DNA from: Convolutriloba macropyga
Lineage: Eukaryota
Direction: 5' to 3'
DNA length: 64,000 bases
Assembly: GCF_964194025.1 (NCBI RefSeq)
Contig: NC_134479.1
Span: 33,604,001 to 33,668,000, forward strand
The position numbers were made by a program, and so were the translations under genes. Below the pieces are notes generated by a model that was given only the letters and a program-made list of their open reading frames with translations, searched no databases and was not told the origin of the DNA. Numbering within the stretch: position 1 is the stretch's first letter; the number at the start of each line of letters is the position of its first letter. Shown here in pieces: positions 12,776 to 22,537 of the stretch.

Positions 12776-13549
12776 TGCCTTCTGCTCAGCGAATATATGT
12801 ATAGTAAACGCAGTATTTTGAACAAATATGAGATTTTCATTGTTTTTGTTGATCCCCGCAAGATCAGAGAGAAATTCATGAAAAAGTTTGAATCAAAAGT
12901 TCATTATGAAAAAATTTTTTCAATGGAGCCTAAAAAGTATTAAATTGTAATTCCAGATAACTTACCTATGGATTCAGGTAGAAAAATCAAAAATCGTATG
13001 TCAAGTTAATGAGTTAAGGCTCAAAATAACATTAAAAATTGCATTTTTTGTGAATTTCTGTTGAAAAATAGAAAATATCTCTATTAATTTTTAACAGTAC
13101 CTTCATTCTATTAATCGATTCCTAACAGTTAGTTCAATCACTTTCACAGTACCTCGTGAAAAGTGGACGCAAGTTCATTAAAACTCTAAAATTTTGTTTC
13201 CAGAGTTCTTTTCTGAATATCATTTTTCATATAGGAACCTTTAAAAATTATGTTTCTCAGACATTTGAATTGTTTCTTCAAACAGATTTTGTGTTCACTG
13301 TAAGCAGAGATATCTCAATTTGACTCTCAGCCCTCAGAAGAAAATAATTGTTCTGCAAAAATGTCAAGATAGTTTATTTCTTATTTGATTTTTTGGTTCC
13401 TTACTTAGAGATAATGAAAAATTATATATTCTGAAGAAAATACAATTATGGAAATCCAATTGTGATCAATATGCGGCGAATGAATAAGAATACAGTTAGG
13501 ACACCATACTGTTTTCAAGTTTTATAAAATCAGCGCATCAAAAATGAAT

Positions 13550-14305
13550 TTATATTGAGTTGTCAAAGAGTTCTCGCATAGCTGAAATTTTTCTTTTTTT
13601 TGGAGCATTGTCAACTGAGGGGTTTTCAGTGTTTTCGGGAGTTAAAGAAAAGTTTTTGGTAGGTGTATCTTCTTGTTCTTCAATTCCATTGTAAGTTGTG
13701 GGAGTCTCAAAGTTGTCTCCAGAAAGGTTTTTCAACAGATCGTTTGTGTCTGTAGGACTGTCAAAGTTTATCCATAAGTTGTTGCTTTTCAGATTCGAAA
13801 AAAGTGAAGGACTCTGCTCTGAGCTATCTGGGCTGAGTGTTGGACTGGGGTCCGCAGTAGGCGTGCAAAATGGTGACGGATTTGTAGGAGACTCAGGAGA
13901 TTTTGGAAGCCCCCAAAGATCCGCTAGGTTGTCGCATGCTTGCAAAACACCGAGCTGGTTCTCATAGAATGGTACACAGTCGCAATCGTATTTGTATATT
14001 AATTTTTTGGTTCCAATTGGTAAGTTCGATATATCATATTGTTCCAGAGGGTGCAAAAGTGTTGTTGGTGGTACAATTCCCCCTGATGTAATGAATCCAC
14101 TACCAGTAGTTTCGGGTTTGTCGGGTAACTGAGCCATAAAATTGATGAATATTTTTGGAAGCATGCAATGGTCGTGAGTTATCCACTCTTCTTTTTCATG
14201 AGAACGTTTTTGTTGTACAATTACTATGAAGTTTTCATGTACAGTTTGATAGATAATTGTGCGTTCACATGACAAATCGCTTTCTGACAAAATATGGTAA
14301 GACAT
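13550..14305 (-). CDS. Polinton accessory protein with Ser/Pro-rich disordered C-half and NLS
   Basis: 251-aa ATG ORF inside the element; PKKRK near the C-terminus; no family recognised. Confidence 0.6.
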   Translation of the reverse strand: MSYHILSESDLSCERTIIYQTVHENFIVIVQQKRSHEKEEWITHDHCMLPKIFINFMAQLPDKPETTGSGFITSGGIVPPTTLLHPLEQYDISNLPIGTKKLIYKYDCDCVPFYENQLGVLQACDNLADLWGLPKSPESPTNPSPFCTPTADPSPTLSPDSSEQSPSLFSNLKSNNLWINFDSPTDTNDLLKNLSGDNFETPTTYNGIEEQEDTPTKNFSLTPENTENPSVDNAPKKRKISAMRELFDNSI

Positions 14306-14951
14306 TGCAATTGCTCTGGAAAATTCAGATGAACTGTTAAGTTATAATTGAAGTTAAACAACAATAACGAAAATTTTGAAAGATAATGTTTCCTTGAAGC
14401 AAATACTAGTAATGTTGAAACGAAAAATTGAATCAAAAATGAATTGAGGTACAGTTATTTTAAACAGACACTTGTTTGCAGTATTACAAGCATGAACTTG
14501 AATATAGAATTGAATGAAAATTTCAACAAGTATGTAGGTTGTTCAATGTCGTTAAAGCGTCAAGTTTTGGCACACGTGTTGGGTTCACTTTATTGATCAA
14601 GTTAGTCTCTTGACACACCTAAGGTCATACATGTACTCTTCATTTTGGTTTTATCTGTTAAACCAAACATTAAAGTTGTATTGTTTCCAGACAAGACCAC
14701 CCTGAAGTTAAGGCAGGCTCTAGTACCATGGGAATTTGTATGCATACATAGGATAAAGACATTTATGCGTTTGCCTACAGGACTAACGTACAAATACTGT
14801 TAACTCAATAGATCATATTTCTTATCAGTTAACCAATTCTATTTTTAGCGTCTGCGTGTAATATCTATAAAATTTTGGTGCACGAAATCATTGACACGGT
14901 TTTTCTTAAAGCAAAACAGTTAGTTGAATATATTGAATAAGAAACACAAAA

Positions 14952-15284
14952 ATGCCTTTTACAGCGGAGACAGACGCTGAGTTTGGAGACGCTCATTTTG
15001 ACGTTTCCAAAAGTGAAAAACGTTTGATCAGAGCAACAGTGAAAACTTATGACAAAACAGGAACTTATATCTTCCTAAAGTTGTTCAAAAAAGTTGGTCA
15101 AGAGTTTGAACTTCAACAGAGAATAACACTGACTTTAGAAGAGTTTGAAAAGTTATCGAAAAAGAACGGAAAAATTCGTTCTGCTGCTAACGACAACACT
15201 GAAAACGATTCTACTCTGAAAGCTCCCTCTGCAAAGAAACCTAAATTAAAACAAAAAGACGACGAACACGAATTCTCTGAATAA
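14952..15284 (+). CDS. PC4/Sub1-like ssDNA-binding protein (putative)
   Basis: R.TVKTY...TYIFLKLFKK.....QRITLTLEEFEKL resembles the PC4 pattern (VTV..F.G..YVDIRE......KGISL..EQW..L); basic NLS-like tail. Confidence 0.55.
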   Translation: MPFTAETDAEFGDAHFDVSKSEKRLIRATVKTYDKTGTYIFLKLFKKVGQEFELQQRITLTLEEFEKLSKKNGKIRSAANDNTENDSTLKAPSAKKPKLKQKDDEHEFSE

Positions 15285-15304
15285 TTTAAAGAGCTCAATT
15301 GAAA

Positions 15305-15973
15305 ATGGTAGAAGCTATGTATGAACGTTCGCCTGGTTACTTCAAGCAATTTCAAAAAAATTTCAGGTTTTTTATCACTGAAGAGAAACCAAAATCAACG
15401 TTTGCTAAAGTTTCAGCCATATGCATGCACACTGATAGCCTTTTTTGTGGAGTTTTACCTGCTAATCATTATCATGTTTTGTTCGATGTGTCAGATGTTG
15501 CTACAGATTTCTTTAAAAAAAACAAACTTTATTCTGTTCCATGCTTATATACAACTTTCAATTGTTTATTCTCGAATGGCAAGGACTTGGAGACAATTGG
15601 TACGGTTTTCGAAAAATTGAAGCTAGCTGTGGAATACAATGGTCTAACGTTACAGACGAAGGGAGACACTACAAACATTCAAAAACGTTTACCCAATTTG
15701 GTCAATGGCGTTGGCTGCAAAACTCATTGGGCAGTTGGAAGTACTGCTTTCAAAACTCTAGAAAATAGTGTTGAGAAAAAATCAAACCAACAATTGCAAA
15801 CTGACCGATTGTCTACTGAAACTCTTAAGAGATTTGAGAAAATTTTGCATGGTCCTCATTCTGGTGCTTTCTGTCAAATAATGGATATCTTTTTGAGTGG
15901 TTATGGAAAATTGGATATTGACAATGATGTTTTGTGTGTTCGCTTAGTTTATGAAGAAAAAATAAAGTTTTGA
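15305..15973 (+). CDS. Polinton accessory protein with HUH-like motif (HYHVLF)
   Basis: ~222-aa ORF from ATG 15305; FFIT ... HYHVLF ... Tyr; function inferred only. Confidence 0.55.
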   Translation: MVEAMYERSPGYFKQFQKNFRFFITEEKPKSTFAKVSAICMHTDSLFCGVLPANHYHVLFDVSDVATDFFKKNKLYSVPCLYTTFNCLFSNGKDLETIGTVFEKLKLAVEYNGLTLQTKGDTTNIQKRLPNLVNGVGCKTHWAVGSTAFKTLENSVEKKSNQQLQTDRLSTETLKRFEKILHGPHSGAFCQIMDIFLSGYGKLDIDNDVLCVRLVYEEKIKF

Positions 15974-16007
15974 AAAAAAAATTATTTCAATACAAAAGTT
16001 AGTAATG

Positions 16008-16442
16008 TTAGAGCATCATATGAAGCGCAAAACGTATCAAATCAACATCACTCATCTTTACAAATTCTTTTTCATCAAAAAGGTAGTGAGCAATATAAAT
16101 GCAAAATAAGCCACACAATATTGAGTTTGGTTTTTGAATTGGTTGGTTTCTAAGCAATTCAAACACAGTTTGAATATTACCAGCTGAGGAAGCAAGTCTA
16201 TTGTGTAAATGTTTATATATAGTTAGATTTTGTCCCAGTGGATCTGCAAAAATATATTTTCCATTTTTCCGACAAATAAGTGTCCAATGTGTTCCAATTG
16301 TTTGAGAAGTTGATACATTCACTATAATGAAGCTGTTCTGAGATAGGCTAAGCGGAAAATTATCAGCAGCAAATACACCATGAAATTTGTACTTCAAACG
16401 TTTACATCGTTGAACGAGGTTGTTTATTTCATCTTCATCCAT
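16008..16442 (-). CDS. Adenain-like cysteine (maturation) protease
   Basis: GTHW, FADPLG and Q...SILCGLFC catalytic H/D/Q/C motifs. Confidence 0.9.
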   Translation of the reverse strand: MDEDEINNLVQRCKRLKYKFHGVFAADNFPLSLSQNSFIIVNVSTSQTIGTHWTLICRKNGKYIFADPLGQNLTIYKHLHNRLASSAGNIQTVFELLRNQPIQKPNSILCGLFCIYIAHYLFDEKEFVKMSDVDLIRFALHMML

Positions 16443-17767
16443 CAGTTTGTGAGAATATGATTTTTTGAAACTCTCCGAGCAGAGTCAATGAAAATTGTGC
16501 TAGCTTTTTCACCAATTATAAAAATTTCAATGTTGCCTGGTAAGGCCGCTGAAAACTTAAGTTCAATTGAAATTGAACAATTGGTGAGTTCGGGGTGAAT
16601 AAAATCATGTGACGCCTGCTGAGTGCTGGTGAGATCAAACACCATAATAAAATGGTCAGGGTATTCAGACAAAGTTATTCCATGTCCATTGTCAATATAG
16701 GCTAAATCTGACATTGTGTTGAAGTACATGCGTTTTACGTCAGCTGTGTTTATGGGACTGTCTGCAACGGGGAGTCCATTTCGATAAATACATATCTGCT
16801 CCAGATTAAATTTACGAAAGTGAAAAGGATTGAGTTGTTTGCTTCCTAAGAAAGCTTCATTTGTGTTAAGACAAATGGCAAGACGTCGAATAGGCTCCCT
16901 GCTAAAAACATCTTCTTGTTTCCAACTTTGCGAACCAGTAGAAGCCAGAAATGTTTTTGTTATGGTTTCCAAGTAAGGATAGGACGCTGGGCTTGTTAGT
17001 AAAGTTTTTTCAATGGCAGAAACGACGTCGTCGTTCAATGTCATTTTTCTCACATACAAATTAGCTTCTTTAATTTTTACTTTGTATGATTTTCCAGCAT
17101 CGTCAGATATTACAACAAAATCATCTATTGATCTTCGAAAGGAAATTTGCAATGTGACTCCACTCAAAAGATGTCGATCACATGTAAAAAAATCTACTGC
17201 CACTTTTCCATAAAAGGTACATTCAGCAGATTGTCTAACCAAAGTTTTTCGTCTGTTAACTTCAGCTGTTGCTATCGCTCCAGGATTATCCTCGTACGAA
17301 TAACCTTGGCAAGCCAACCAAGTAGCCTTTGCGTCTTTGTTGTGAGAAAATTCCGTTTCAATGAAACTTTTGTGAGCATAATTTCCATTTGCATTTGAAA
17401 TTTTCAGTCCGTTGGCAGATACTGTACAGTCTGAAAAGAGTGAATGTAAAACATTATTACAAAAGTAAGGAGCGTCTGTTTTGGTTATATCTGCTGCAGC
17501 TCCAGCATCATATTTTAAGTCAGCTTCAGAAGCCTGAACTATCTTGCATTTGATTTCCAGGAAGATTTTTTGCAGATCAATAAAATTATTTCTGTCTCCA
17601 GCAACCTCAAACTCAAGCATGGGTCCGTTAGGACTGTAAACTGGCCCTACTTTTTGACAAAAGCTCCCATCAAAAGTTACAAGAAGCGCTGGTTTTTCGA
17701 ATAAATCCAAGGAACTATGTGTTGCCTCTGTTGGTAACATATTACCGATCATCTTTAACTTTGGCAA
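16442..17767 (-). CDS. Double jelly-roll major capsid protein (Polinton PY/hexon-like); likely ATG at 17740
   Basis: SSLDLF..P, LEFEV.G...FIDL, NNVLHSLFS, NYAHKSFIET, NPFHF, FDLT motifs typical of Polinton MCP; ~435 aa; located between the protease and penton genes. Confidence 0.88.
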   Translation of the reverse strand: MPKLKMIGNMLPTEATHSSLDLFEKPALLVTFDGSFCQKVGPVYSPNGPMLEFEVAGDRNNFIDLQKIFLEIKCKIVQASEADLKYDAGAAADITKTDAPYFCNNVLHSLFSDCTVSANGLKISNANGNYAHKSFIETEFSHNKDAKATWLACQGYSYEDNPGAIATAEVNRRKTLVRQSAECTFYGKVAVDFFTCDRHLLSGVTLQISFRRSIDDFVVISDDAGKSYKVKIKEANLYVRKMTLNDDVVSAIEKTLLTSPASYPYLETITKTFLASTGSQSWKQEDVFSREPIRRLAICLNTNEAFLGSKQLNPFHFRKFNLEQICIYRNGLPVADSPINTADVKRMYFNTMSDLAYIDNGHGITLSEYPDHFIMVFDLTSTQQASHDFIHPELTNCSISIELKFSAALPGNIEIFIIGEKASTIFIDSARRVSKNHILTN

Positions 17768-18185
17768 AGAAATCCGACCGACTTCTCTTTGGCTGTTTGT
17801 GTTTTGAAATGACTACCTTTCTTTTTTGGATTCGTTGCCTTGTTTTTGAACCTGAGCGTCTAGATCGTCTACGAGTTATTCGTCTTTGTCTCATTCGCAG
17901 TGCCAATGAGCCTCCTGTTTGCTTTTTGACTGTATTTGATATCGTGTTTTTCAGCGCTTGCTTTGGAGATTTTTTTTTACTGACAACGTCCATTAACTCT
18001 GGTACGCTCTGTAACAGAAGTTCTTTTCCAACTCGTTTTGCTGCTGGTAAAACAAATTTTCTTGCAATAGGTAGAGCGATTCTTCCGATACCACTTGCTA
18101 AAGCTCCAAAGCCGCTACCTCTTTGCCTATAGTGCCCAGAAAAATAAGGCAATGCAGATGCTTGATTGGTGTAGTATGAATCCAT
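17742..18185 (-). CDS. Basic core/membrane-active virion protein (adenovirus pVII/pVI-like by analogy)
   Basis: YY.NQ...LP.F.G...QRG.G.G motif conserved in Polintons; amphipathic segment; QTGG; Arg-rich tail. Confidence 0.7.
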   Translation of the reverse strand: MDSYYTNQASALPYFSGHYRQRGSGFGALASGIGRIALPIARKFVLPAAKRVGKELLLQSVPELMDVVSKKKSPKQALKNTISNTVKKQTGGSLALRMRQRRITRRRSRRSGSKTRQRIQKRKVVISKHKQPKRSRSDFFAKVKDDR

Positions 18186-18190
18186 TGCTT

Positions 18191-19075
18191 TTACTCACCA
18201 AATTTTTTAAACTGTAACGTCAAAATGACTTTTCCGGTCCCTGAAAAAGGGACTAATTGACCTGTTTCGGTGCGTAGTTCTATAGAAATCGACTGAATCG
18301 TATTTGAAAGAAGTTTTTTGTAGTCCAAATTCGAAAAAACTATTCTGTGTGTTGGTTCAAGCTCGCAGACACTACCGTTTTTCAATCGTTGTTTTGAATC
18401 AATGACTCGTAGTAAAGGTGCTTTCGCATCGCCCACGTATTGATATTCAATAATGTTTGTATAAATGAATATCAAATGTTTCCCGGCGCACAGATCAGCT
18501 GGAAAGTCACCCATAAAAGCTTTAGTATCATCTTTTTTCATCAGTTTATTTGCAGTTGTGTCCATTTTGTAGCCAATGTGTGTTCCTCGTCCATCAGGGA
18601 CACCCCTGAAACCAATAATGCTAGGAATTTCATCGCTTGGAAACGTAATTCCCTCGTATTTTCCAAAGACAATTTCAAATTTACCGGAACTTTTAATTTC
18701 TCTGAAAGAAAAATTGGGTAAACCAACAGTTCTTTTAATGGTAGCTAACAACTGTGGCACAGTATCAAAAGTTCCTGGCATGAAAGCTAATCGCTCACCG
18801 TTGTATGGACGTGATATGACATTGGCTCCAGAGCTATTCCGTTGGTGATCTTCTAAACCACTTAAACTATAAGAAATTAGGACTCCGTTTGTGATGTGTT
18901 CTATTTTTGTTGGAAAAATAATTTCACTCAAAGCTACTCTCCAGTCTCCCGACAGTTGTATTTCATCATTGAAAAAATTCCTGAATGAAGCCAATGTGTT
19001 TTGATCGAAGATCTCCATCGAAGCGGAGGAGATTACATGTACCGTAAATTCATCTTCAAAACGTTTACTTGCCAT
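18191..19075 (-). CDS. Minor capsid protein (Polinton PX/penton-like)
   Basis: S.ASM..F..NT..SFRN......L.G.W.VALSEI; IYTNIIE.QYVGD..APLLRVI; ISIELRT..G..VPF..GKV..TL.F. Confidence 0.85.
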   Translation of the reverse strand: MASKRFEDEFTVHVISSASMEIFDQNTLASFRNFFNDEIQLSGDWRVALSEIIFPTKIEHITNGVLISYSLSGLEDHQRNSSGANVISRPYNGERLAFMPGTFDTVPQLLATIKRTVGLPNFSFREIKSSGKFEIVFGKYEGITFPSDEIPSIIGFRGVPDGRGTHIGYKMDTTANKLMKKDDTKAFMGDFPADLCAGKHLIFIYTNIIEYQYVGDAKAPLLRVIDSKQRLKNGSVCELEPTHRIVFSNLDYKKLLSNTIQSISIELRTETGQLVPFSGTGKVILTLQFKKFGE

Positions 19076-20177
19076 TTTGCACAGGCGACTCTCGAACTAA
19101 TTGGAGTTCGGGTTGATAGAACTTACCCTGAATAAATTCCTTATCGGCATCGATAAGAGAATACGTTGGAGGGTTCAATGTTGGGATCGACGAAATTTCA
19201 AGAATCTCGTCTGTAGAAGACTGTTTGTAACCCTTTCCAAACGTCTCCTCTTTTTTCAGTATTCGTACAAGATCACCAACAAAAAATTTTGGTTTTTGAG
19301 AATATGTTGTATTCACAATCAACGATACCAGTCGCGGAACGTCTTTTTTCGTGACTTTGTTTGGAGCAAGATTGATTGTTCGATTAACTCTAGAATTGAT
19401 AGTTTTAACAAATGAATCCAGTTTATCTAGATATGAATAGGTCCACTTTTCTTCTAAGTATCTGTATATTATATTTTTGAGGGAACGTATATTTCTTTCA
19501 GCAAAAGCAGACTTTTTCTCACTGAACGTACTGTATAAATGAATTCCGCGTTTATTGCAGAGGGCTTTGAAAGCACCGAGGAACTCTGTGCCATCATCGA
19601 CCCAAACTTTTTTAGGTTGCTTATGTTTGATCATCTTTTTGAAAGCCTCTGCAGTTTCTGTAGCGTATTTTGTTTTTAGTGGTTCAACTCTGAGATATCT
19701 TGACAGACAGTCAACTGCAACAAGAAGGTATTTTACACCACTGTTGTACTTTGCAAGTTTATCAACAAATGCTAGATCTACGGACCAGATCTCATTTAGG
19801 TCGTTAACAATTACTTTAAGCCTTGGAAATCTGAGGCGACGTGAACGATATTTGGTGAAGGATGGTTTCGTTTCCAGATACATTTTTACTTTTTTCATTG
19901 ATAATTTACTCAAATTTTGAAGTCTTTTTGCGTTTCCAAATGACGCAGGTCCTTTTAAATAGAGGTTATCAAGTTTCTTCACATCATCTATAGAAAGCCC
20001 AGTGTTTTCTACTCGTGTCTTCGATTGTCTTCTTTTTGCTCTCATCGACTTTTGGCTTTGCACTTTTTTCTTTTGTCTCAGATCTTCCTCTTGGTTTTTG
20101 TTGCTGTTTCTTTTGTTTTCGAGTCGGTTGCTCTTCCTCTTCTTCGCTGTAGAACTCATCGAGAACTTTTTTTGCAT
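19065..20177 (-). CDS. Retroviral-like (RVE) DDE integrase of the Polinton; true start probably downstream (~20045)
   Basis: WSVDLAFV, VAVDCLSRY, VDDGTEF, KSAFAERNIRSLK, F.KGY, G.FY..EL; no C-terminal chromodomain. Confidence 0.92.
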   Translation of the reverse strand: MQKKFSMSSTAKKRKSNRLENKRNSNKNQEEDLRQKKKVQSQKSMRAKRRQSKTRVENTGLSIDDVKKLDNLYLKGPASFGNAKRLQNLSKLSMKKVKMYLETKPSFTKYRSRRLRFPRLKVIVNDLNEIWSVDLAFVDKLAKYNSGVKYLLVAVDCLSRYLRVEPLKTKYATETAEAFKKMIKHKQPKKVWVDDGTEFLGAFKALCNKRGIHLYSTFSEKKSAFAERNIRSLKNIIYRYLEEKWTYSYLDKLDSFVKTINSRVNRTINLAPNKVTKKDVPRLVSLIVNTTYSQKPKFFVGDLVRILKKEETFGKGYKQSSTDEILEISSIPTLNPPTYSLIDADKEFIQGKFYQPELQLVRESPVQNGK

Positions 20178-20751
20178 GAGTATTGTAAACCAAGTGAGCT
20201 GCTATATCAAGTTCACTCAATATTTTGGAATACTTTTGCACGTCAATTTTTTTGGTAGGTTGTTGTAAATTGTACAAGAAATTTGTCACCTTCACTCCTT
20301 GAGGTTCATCCTCAATATGGAGAACATTATTCTCTTCACTAATAGAAACAGTATCGGAATCAAAAATTTTTTTCAGGATTATTGCAGCTCTTTTTGTTTT
20401 ATTTTCATCCATTAGTTTTAGTTCCAGCATTATTGAGTCAAAGGCTGAATCTTTCCGTTTTTTCACTACAGGCTCGATTTCACTGTCATCACTCACAAAA
20501 GATTCTGATTTAACATCATCTGGATCACTTGTTCCATCATTGATACTCCTTTTTCTCGTGATCAGTCTATCAGTGCTGGTGTCAGCATCTTTTTTTCCAC
20601 TGCTCTGCTCAAAGTTTGGATTAGATCTTTGTAGGAGCGATAACTGAGTAGCTTTTTGTTGATATATTGGATTATCAAAAATTTCTTCCTTGGTTGGATT
20701 TTTTGATATGAACATCCTCTTGGGGATCAAAACAAATTCTTCTGCATGCAT
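19984..20751 (-). CDS. Conserved Polinton hypothetical protein (M.AEEFVLIP start)
   Basis: ATG overlaps the upstream TAA (TAATG at 20753-20749); ~255 aa; typical position upstream of the integrase. Confidence 0.6.
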   Translation of the reverse strand: MHAEEFVLIPKRMFISKNPTKEEIFDNPIYQQKATQLSLLQRSNPNFEQSSGKKDADTSTDRLITRKRSINDGTSDPDDVKSESFVSDDSEIEPVVKKRKDSAFDSIMLELKLMDENKTKRAAIILKKIFDSDTVSISEENNVLHIEDEPQGVKVTNFLYNLQQPTKKIDVQKYSKILSELDIAAHLVYNTHAKKVLDEFYSEEEEEQPTRKQKKQQQKPRGRSETKEKSAKPKVDESKKKTIEDTSRKHWAFYR

Positions 20752-21050
20752 TATTTGACTTTTAAGTAAAGGTAGCATGAGAATAATATTGCCTTGATAA
20801 GTTCTGATTTTCTCACCAAAATAAATCGCTTTTTCTTCAGACTTGTTTTCTTTAATAATAGCTGCTGAAATGAGTCCTCTTGATTTTTTAGTAGCTGTTT
20901 GTTGACTGGAACATTGCCATTGATTACATTGAGCAAACACTCACACAGAATATTTATAAAAGTCTTTGGTGCTTTTTTGAGGAACTTTCTGAAATTACTA
21001 TCAGACAGCTCGAGCATTTGCTTTAGCATACATAGCTCTTTCTCTCTCAT
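20751..21050 (-). CDS. Small conserved Polinton protein (LCEC..N...GNVP motif)
   Basis: FLKKA...FINILCECLLNVINGNVPV ... SLKKKR pattern, recognised from Polinton small ORFs. Confidence 0.65.
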   Translation of the reverse strand: MREKELCMLKQMLELSDSNFRKFLKKAPKTFINILCECLLNVINGNVPVNKQLLKNQEDSFQQLLLKKTSLKKKRFILVRKSELIKAILFSCYLYLKVK

Positions 21051-21693
21051 CTGTTAAATTAGTTATGACCGCTTTGGAGGAAGGTAGATAAAAAATTGTT
21101 GGACCTGGTTTTACAATATTTGAACAATAACGCAAGGAGTCTGAAGTTTTTGGATCCAAGTCGATGAGTAAGTGTCCAAAGGGTAATTTTGTTGCTAACT
21201 CGTAGCGTTCTTTTAAAAAACTTGTGTTGTTTAACTGTTTGCCAATATAGGTGATCTGCTGTATATCTCTAGGTGATTTGAACAAAATGATGTGGGTTGT
21301 GTTGAGATCAATTGTTCTTGACCATTTACTCTGTTGGAATAAGTTATGTTTAACGTAAATGACGCTAATATTTCTATGACGTCCAGCAGTTGCGAGTTTA
21401 GAAAACTCTTTGTCATTGAAAATTTCCTCGCAAGAATCGTCAAAAACAAGCAGACAGTTTTCCAGCTGTGAAATGAAATCAAATCAAGAAAACTTTGTGA
21501 AAAAAATGTTCAAGTTACGCTCTATAGAGCTGAACTTAGGTTGCTCATGTTGATAGAAGTAGTAAATAGATTTAAATTTTGGGTAAAAGGTGTTTCTCAG
21601 TAACATTTGGAATATGAGCTCAGTTTTACCACAGCATGATGGCCCACAAACAGCCATGAATAGTCTATCGCTTGTTGAAATTATCTTGTTCAT
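21001..21693 (-). pseudogene. A32/FtsK-like genome-packaging ATPase with one in-frame TGA (21484-21486)
   Basis: Walker A GPSCCGKT; reading through the stop gives LLVFDD (Walker B), GRHRNISV, HNLFQQ, FKSPRD, PFGHLLIDL in the same frame. Confidence 0.88.
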
Positions 21694-21992
21694 AGCTTCG
21701 GATTAGGAAGCGCATAGCCAACTGTGCATGAAAGCAATGAAAACCAAAATGTTGACTCTTCACAATCAAGATGGAAAAACACAAGTTTAATCAAGGACAC
21801 ACCAATAAGAAAGAGTATTATTACGATTTGAGTAAAATACACTACTTCTGATCGTGGTAGTCTATAGTTACAAAATTTCCATGAGCGTCTCTCTTGATTT
21901 TCTTCATTGAAAACTAAATCATTCAAACCTATTCCAGCAGGGCAATCTATCTGATCTTCTTTATCACTCATTTTAAAAGACGTTTTGATCAA
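21690..21992 (-). CDS. Small two-TM membrane protein of Polinton-like viruses
   Basis: W.FC...RSEVVYFTQ + hydrophobic helix + W.SLLS..VGY.LPNP. Confidence 0.65.
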   Translation of the reverse strand: MIKTSFKMSDKEDQIDCPAGIGLNDLVFNEENQERRSWKFCNYRLPRSEVVYFTQIVIILFLIGVSLIKLVFFHLDCEESTFWFSLLSCTVGYALPNPKL

Positions 21993-22020
21993 AAATGAAT
22001 TAAAACATCTGTTTTTTGTG

Positions 22021-22299
22021 TTAGCTCAATATTTTGTTAGTAACTCTCTCAATCATAAAAAATTCATATGTAGTATATCTAGAGTCTTTGTCTTCTTTCT
22101 TGTAAGTCACTTTGTAGTTCGATTGCATGCCAGAATCCTTTGCGAAGTAGACAATTGACTCCACCTTTCCTTTGCTGACTACCTGCTTTATTTCCTCAGG
22201 GAGACTTTCGTCGTCCAGGGTCACTTGAACCGGTGCTGGCGACTTGTGAATAGGTAAAGGGGTTAGTTTCATTCTTCTCATTTTCTCTTGTAAAGACAT
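22021..22299 (-). CDS. Hypothetical Polinton protein
   Basis: 92-aa ORF in the tightly packed minus-strand cluster. Confidence 0.45.
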   Translation of the reverse strand: MSLQEKMRRMKLTPLPIHKSPAPVQVTLDDESLPEEIKQVVSKGKVESIVYFAKDSGMQSNYKVTYKKEDKDSRYTTYEFFMIERVTNKILS

Positions 22300-22537
22300 G
22301 GTACATTTGAAAATATTCGAGCAGTGAAAGATATTTCTTCAGCGTCTCAACCTCAGCTATGTTGCAAAGAATTTGTTGTTTCCTCAGAATGGATTGCCCA
22401 CGTGATTCTATTTTTTCCTCTCTGACCAAAGATACAGTTATTTGATTATCATTCGTTATGCAACTGCATACTGTCAAACTTGGAGATAAATTCACTTGAA
22501 GAACTGAAGGAGCTACCTTCTCCACTCGACGGCTCAT
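22196..22537 (-). CDS. Hypothetical Polinton protein
   Basis: 113-aa ATG ORF overlapping its neighbours in the cluster. Confidence 0.4.
   Translation of the reverse strand: MSRRVEKVAPSVLQVNLSPSLTVCSCITNDNQITVSLVREEKIESRGQSILRKQQILCNIAEVETLKKYLSLLEYFQMYHVFTRENEKNETNPFTYSQVASTGSSDPGRRKSP

Noticed and set aside
13550-14305. Rb-binding LxCxE oncoprotein-like gene
   Set aside because: DLSCER does not fit LxCxE; the only exact match noticed (LDCEE) lies in the loop of the small membrane protein
9792-21486. Programmed TGA recoding in pPolB and ATPase (both TGA-TTT)
   Set aside because: Only two cases; pPolB also has a frameshift and other element genes (e.g. MCP) end in TGA. Mutation or consensus error is simpler unless other copies share the stops
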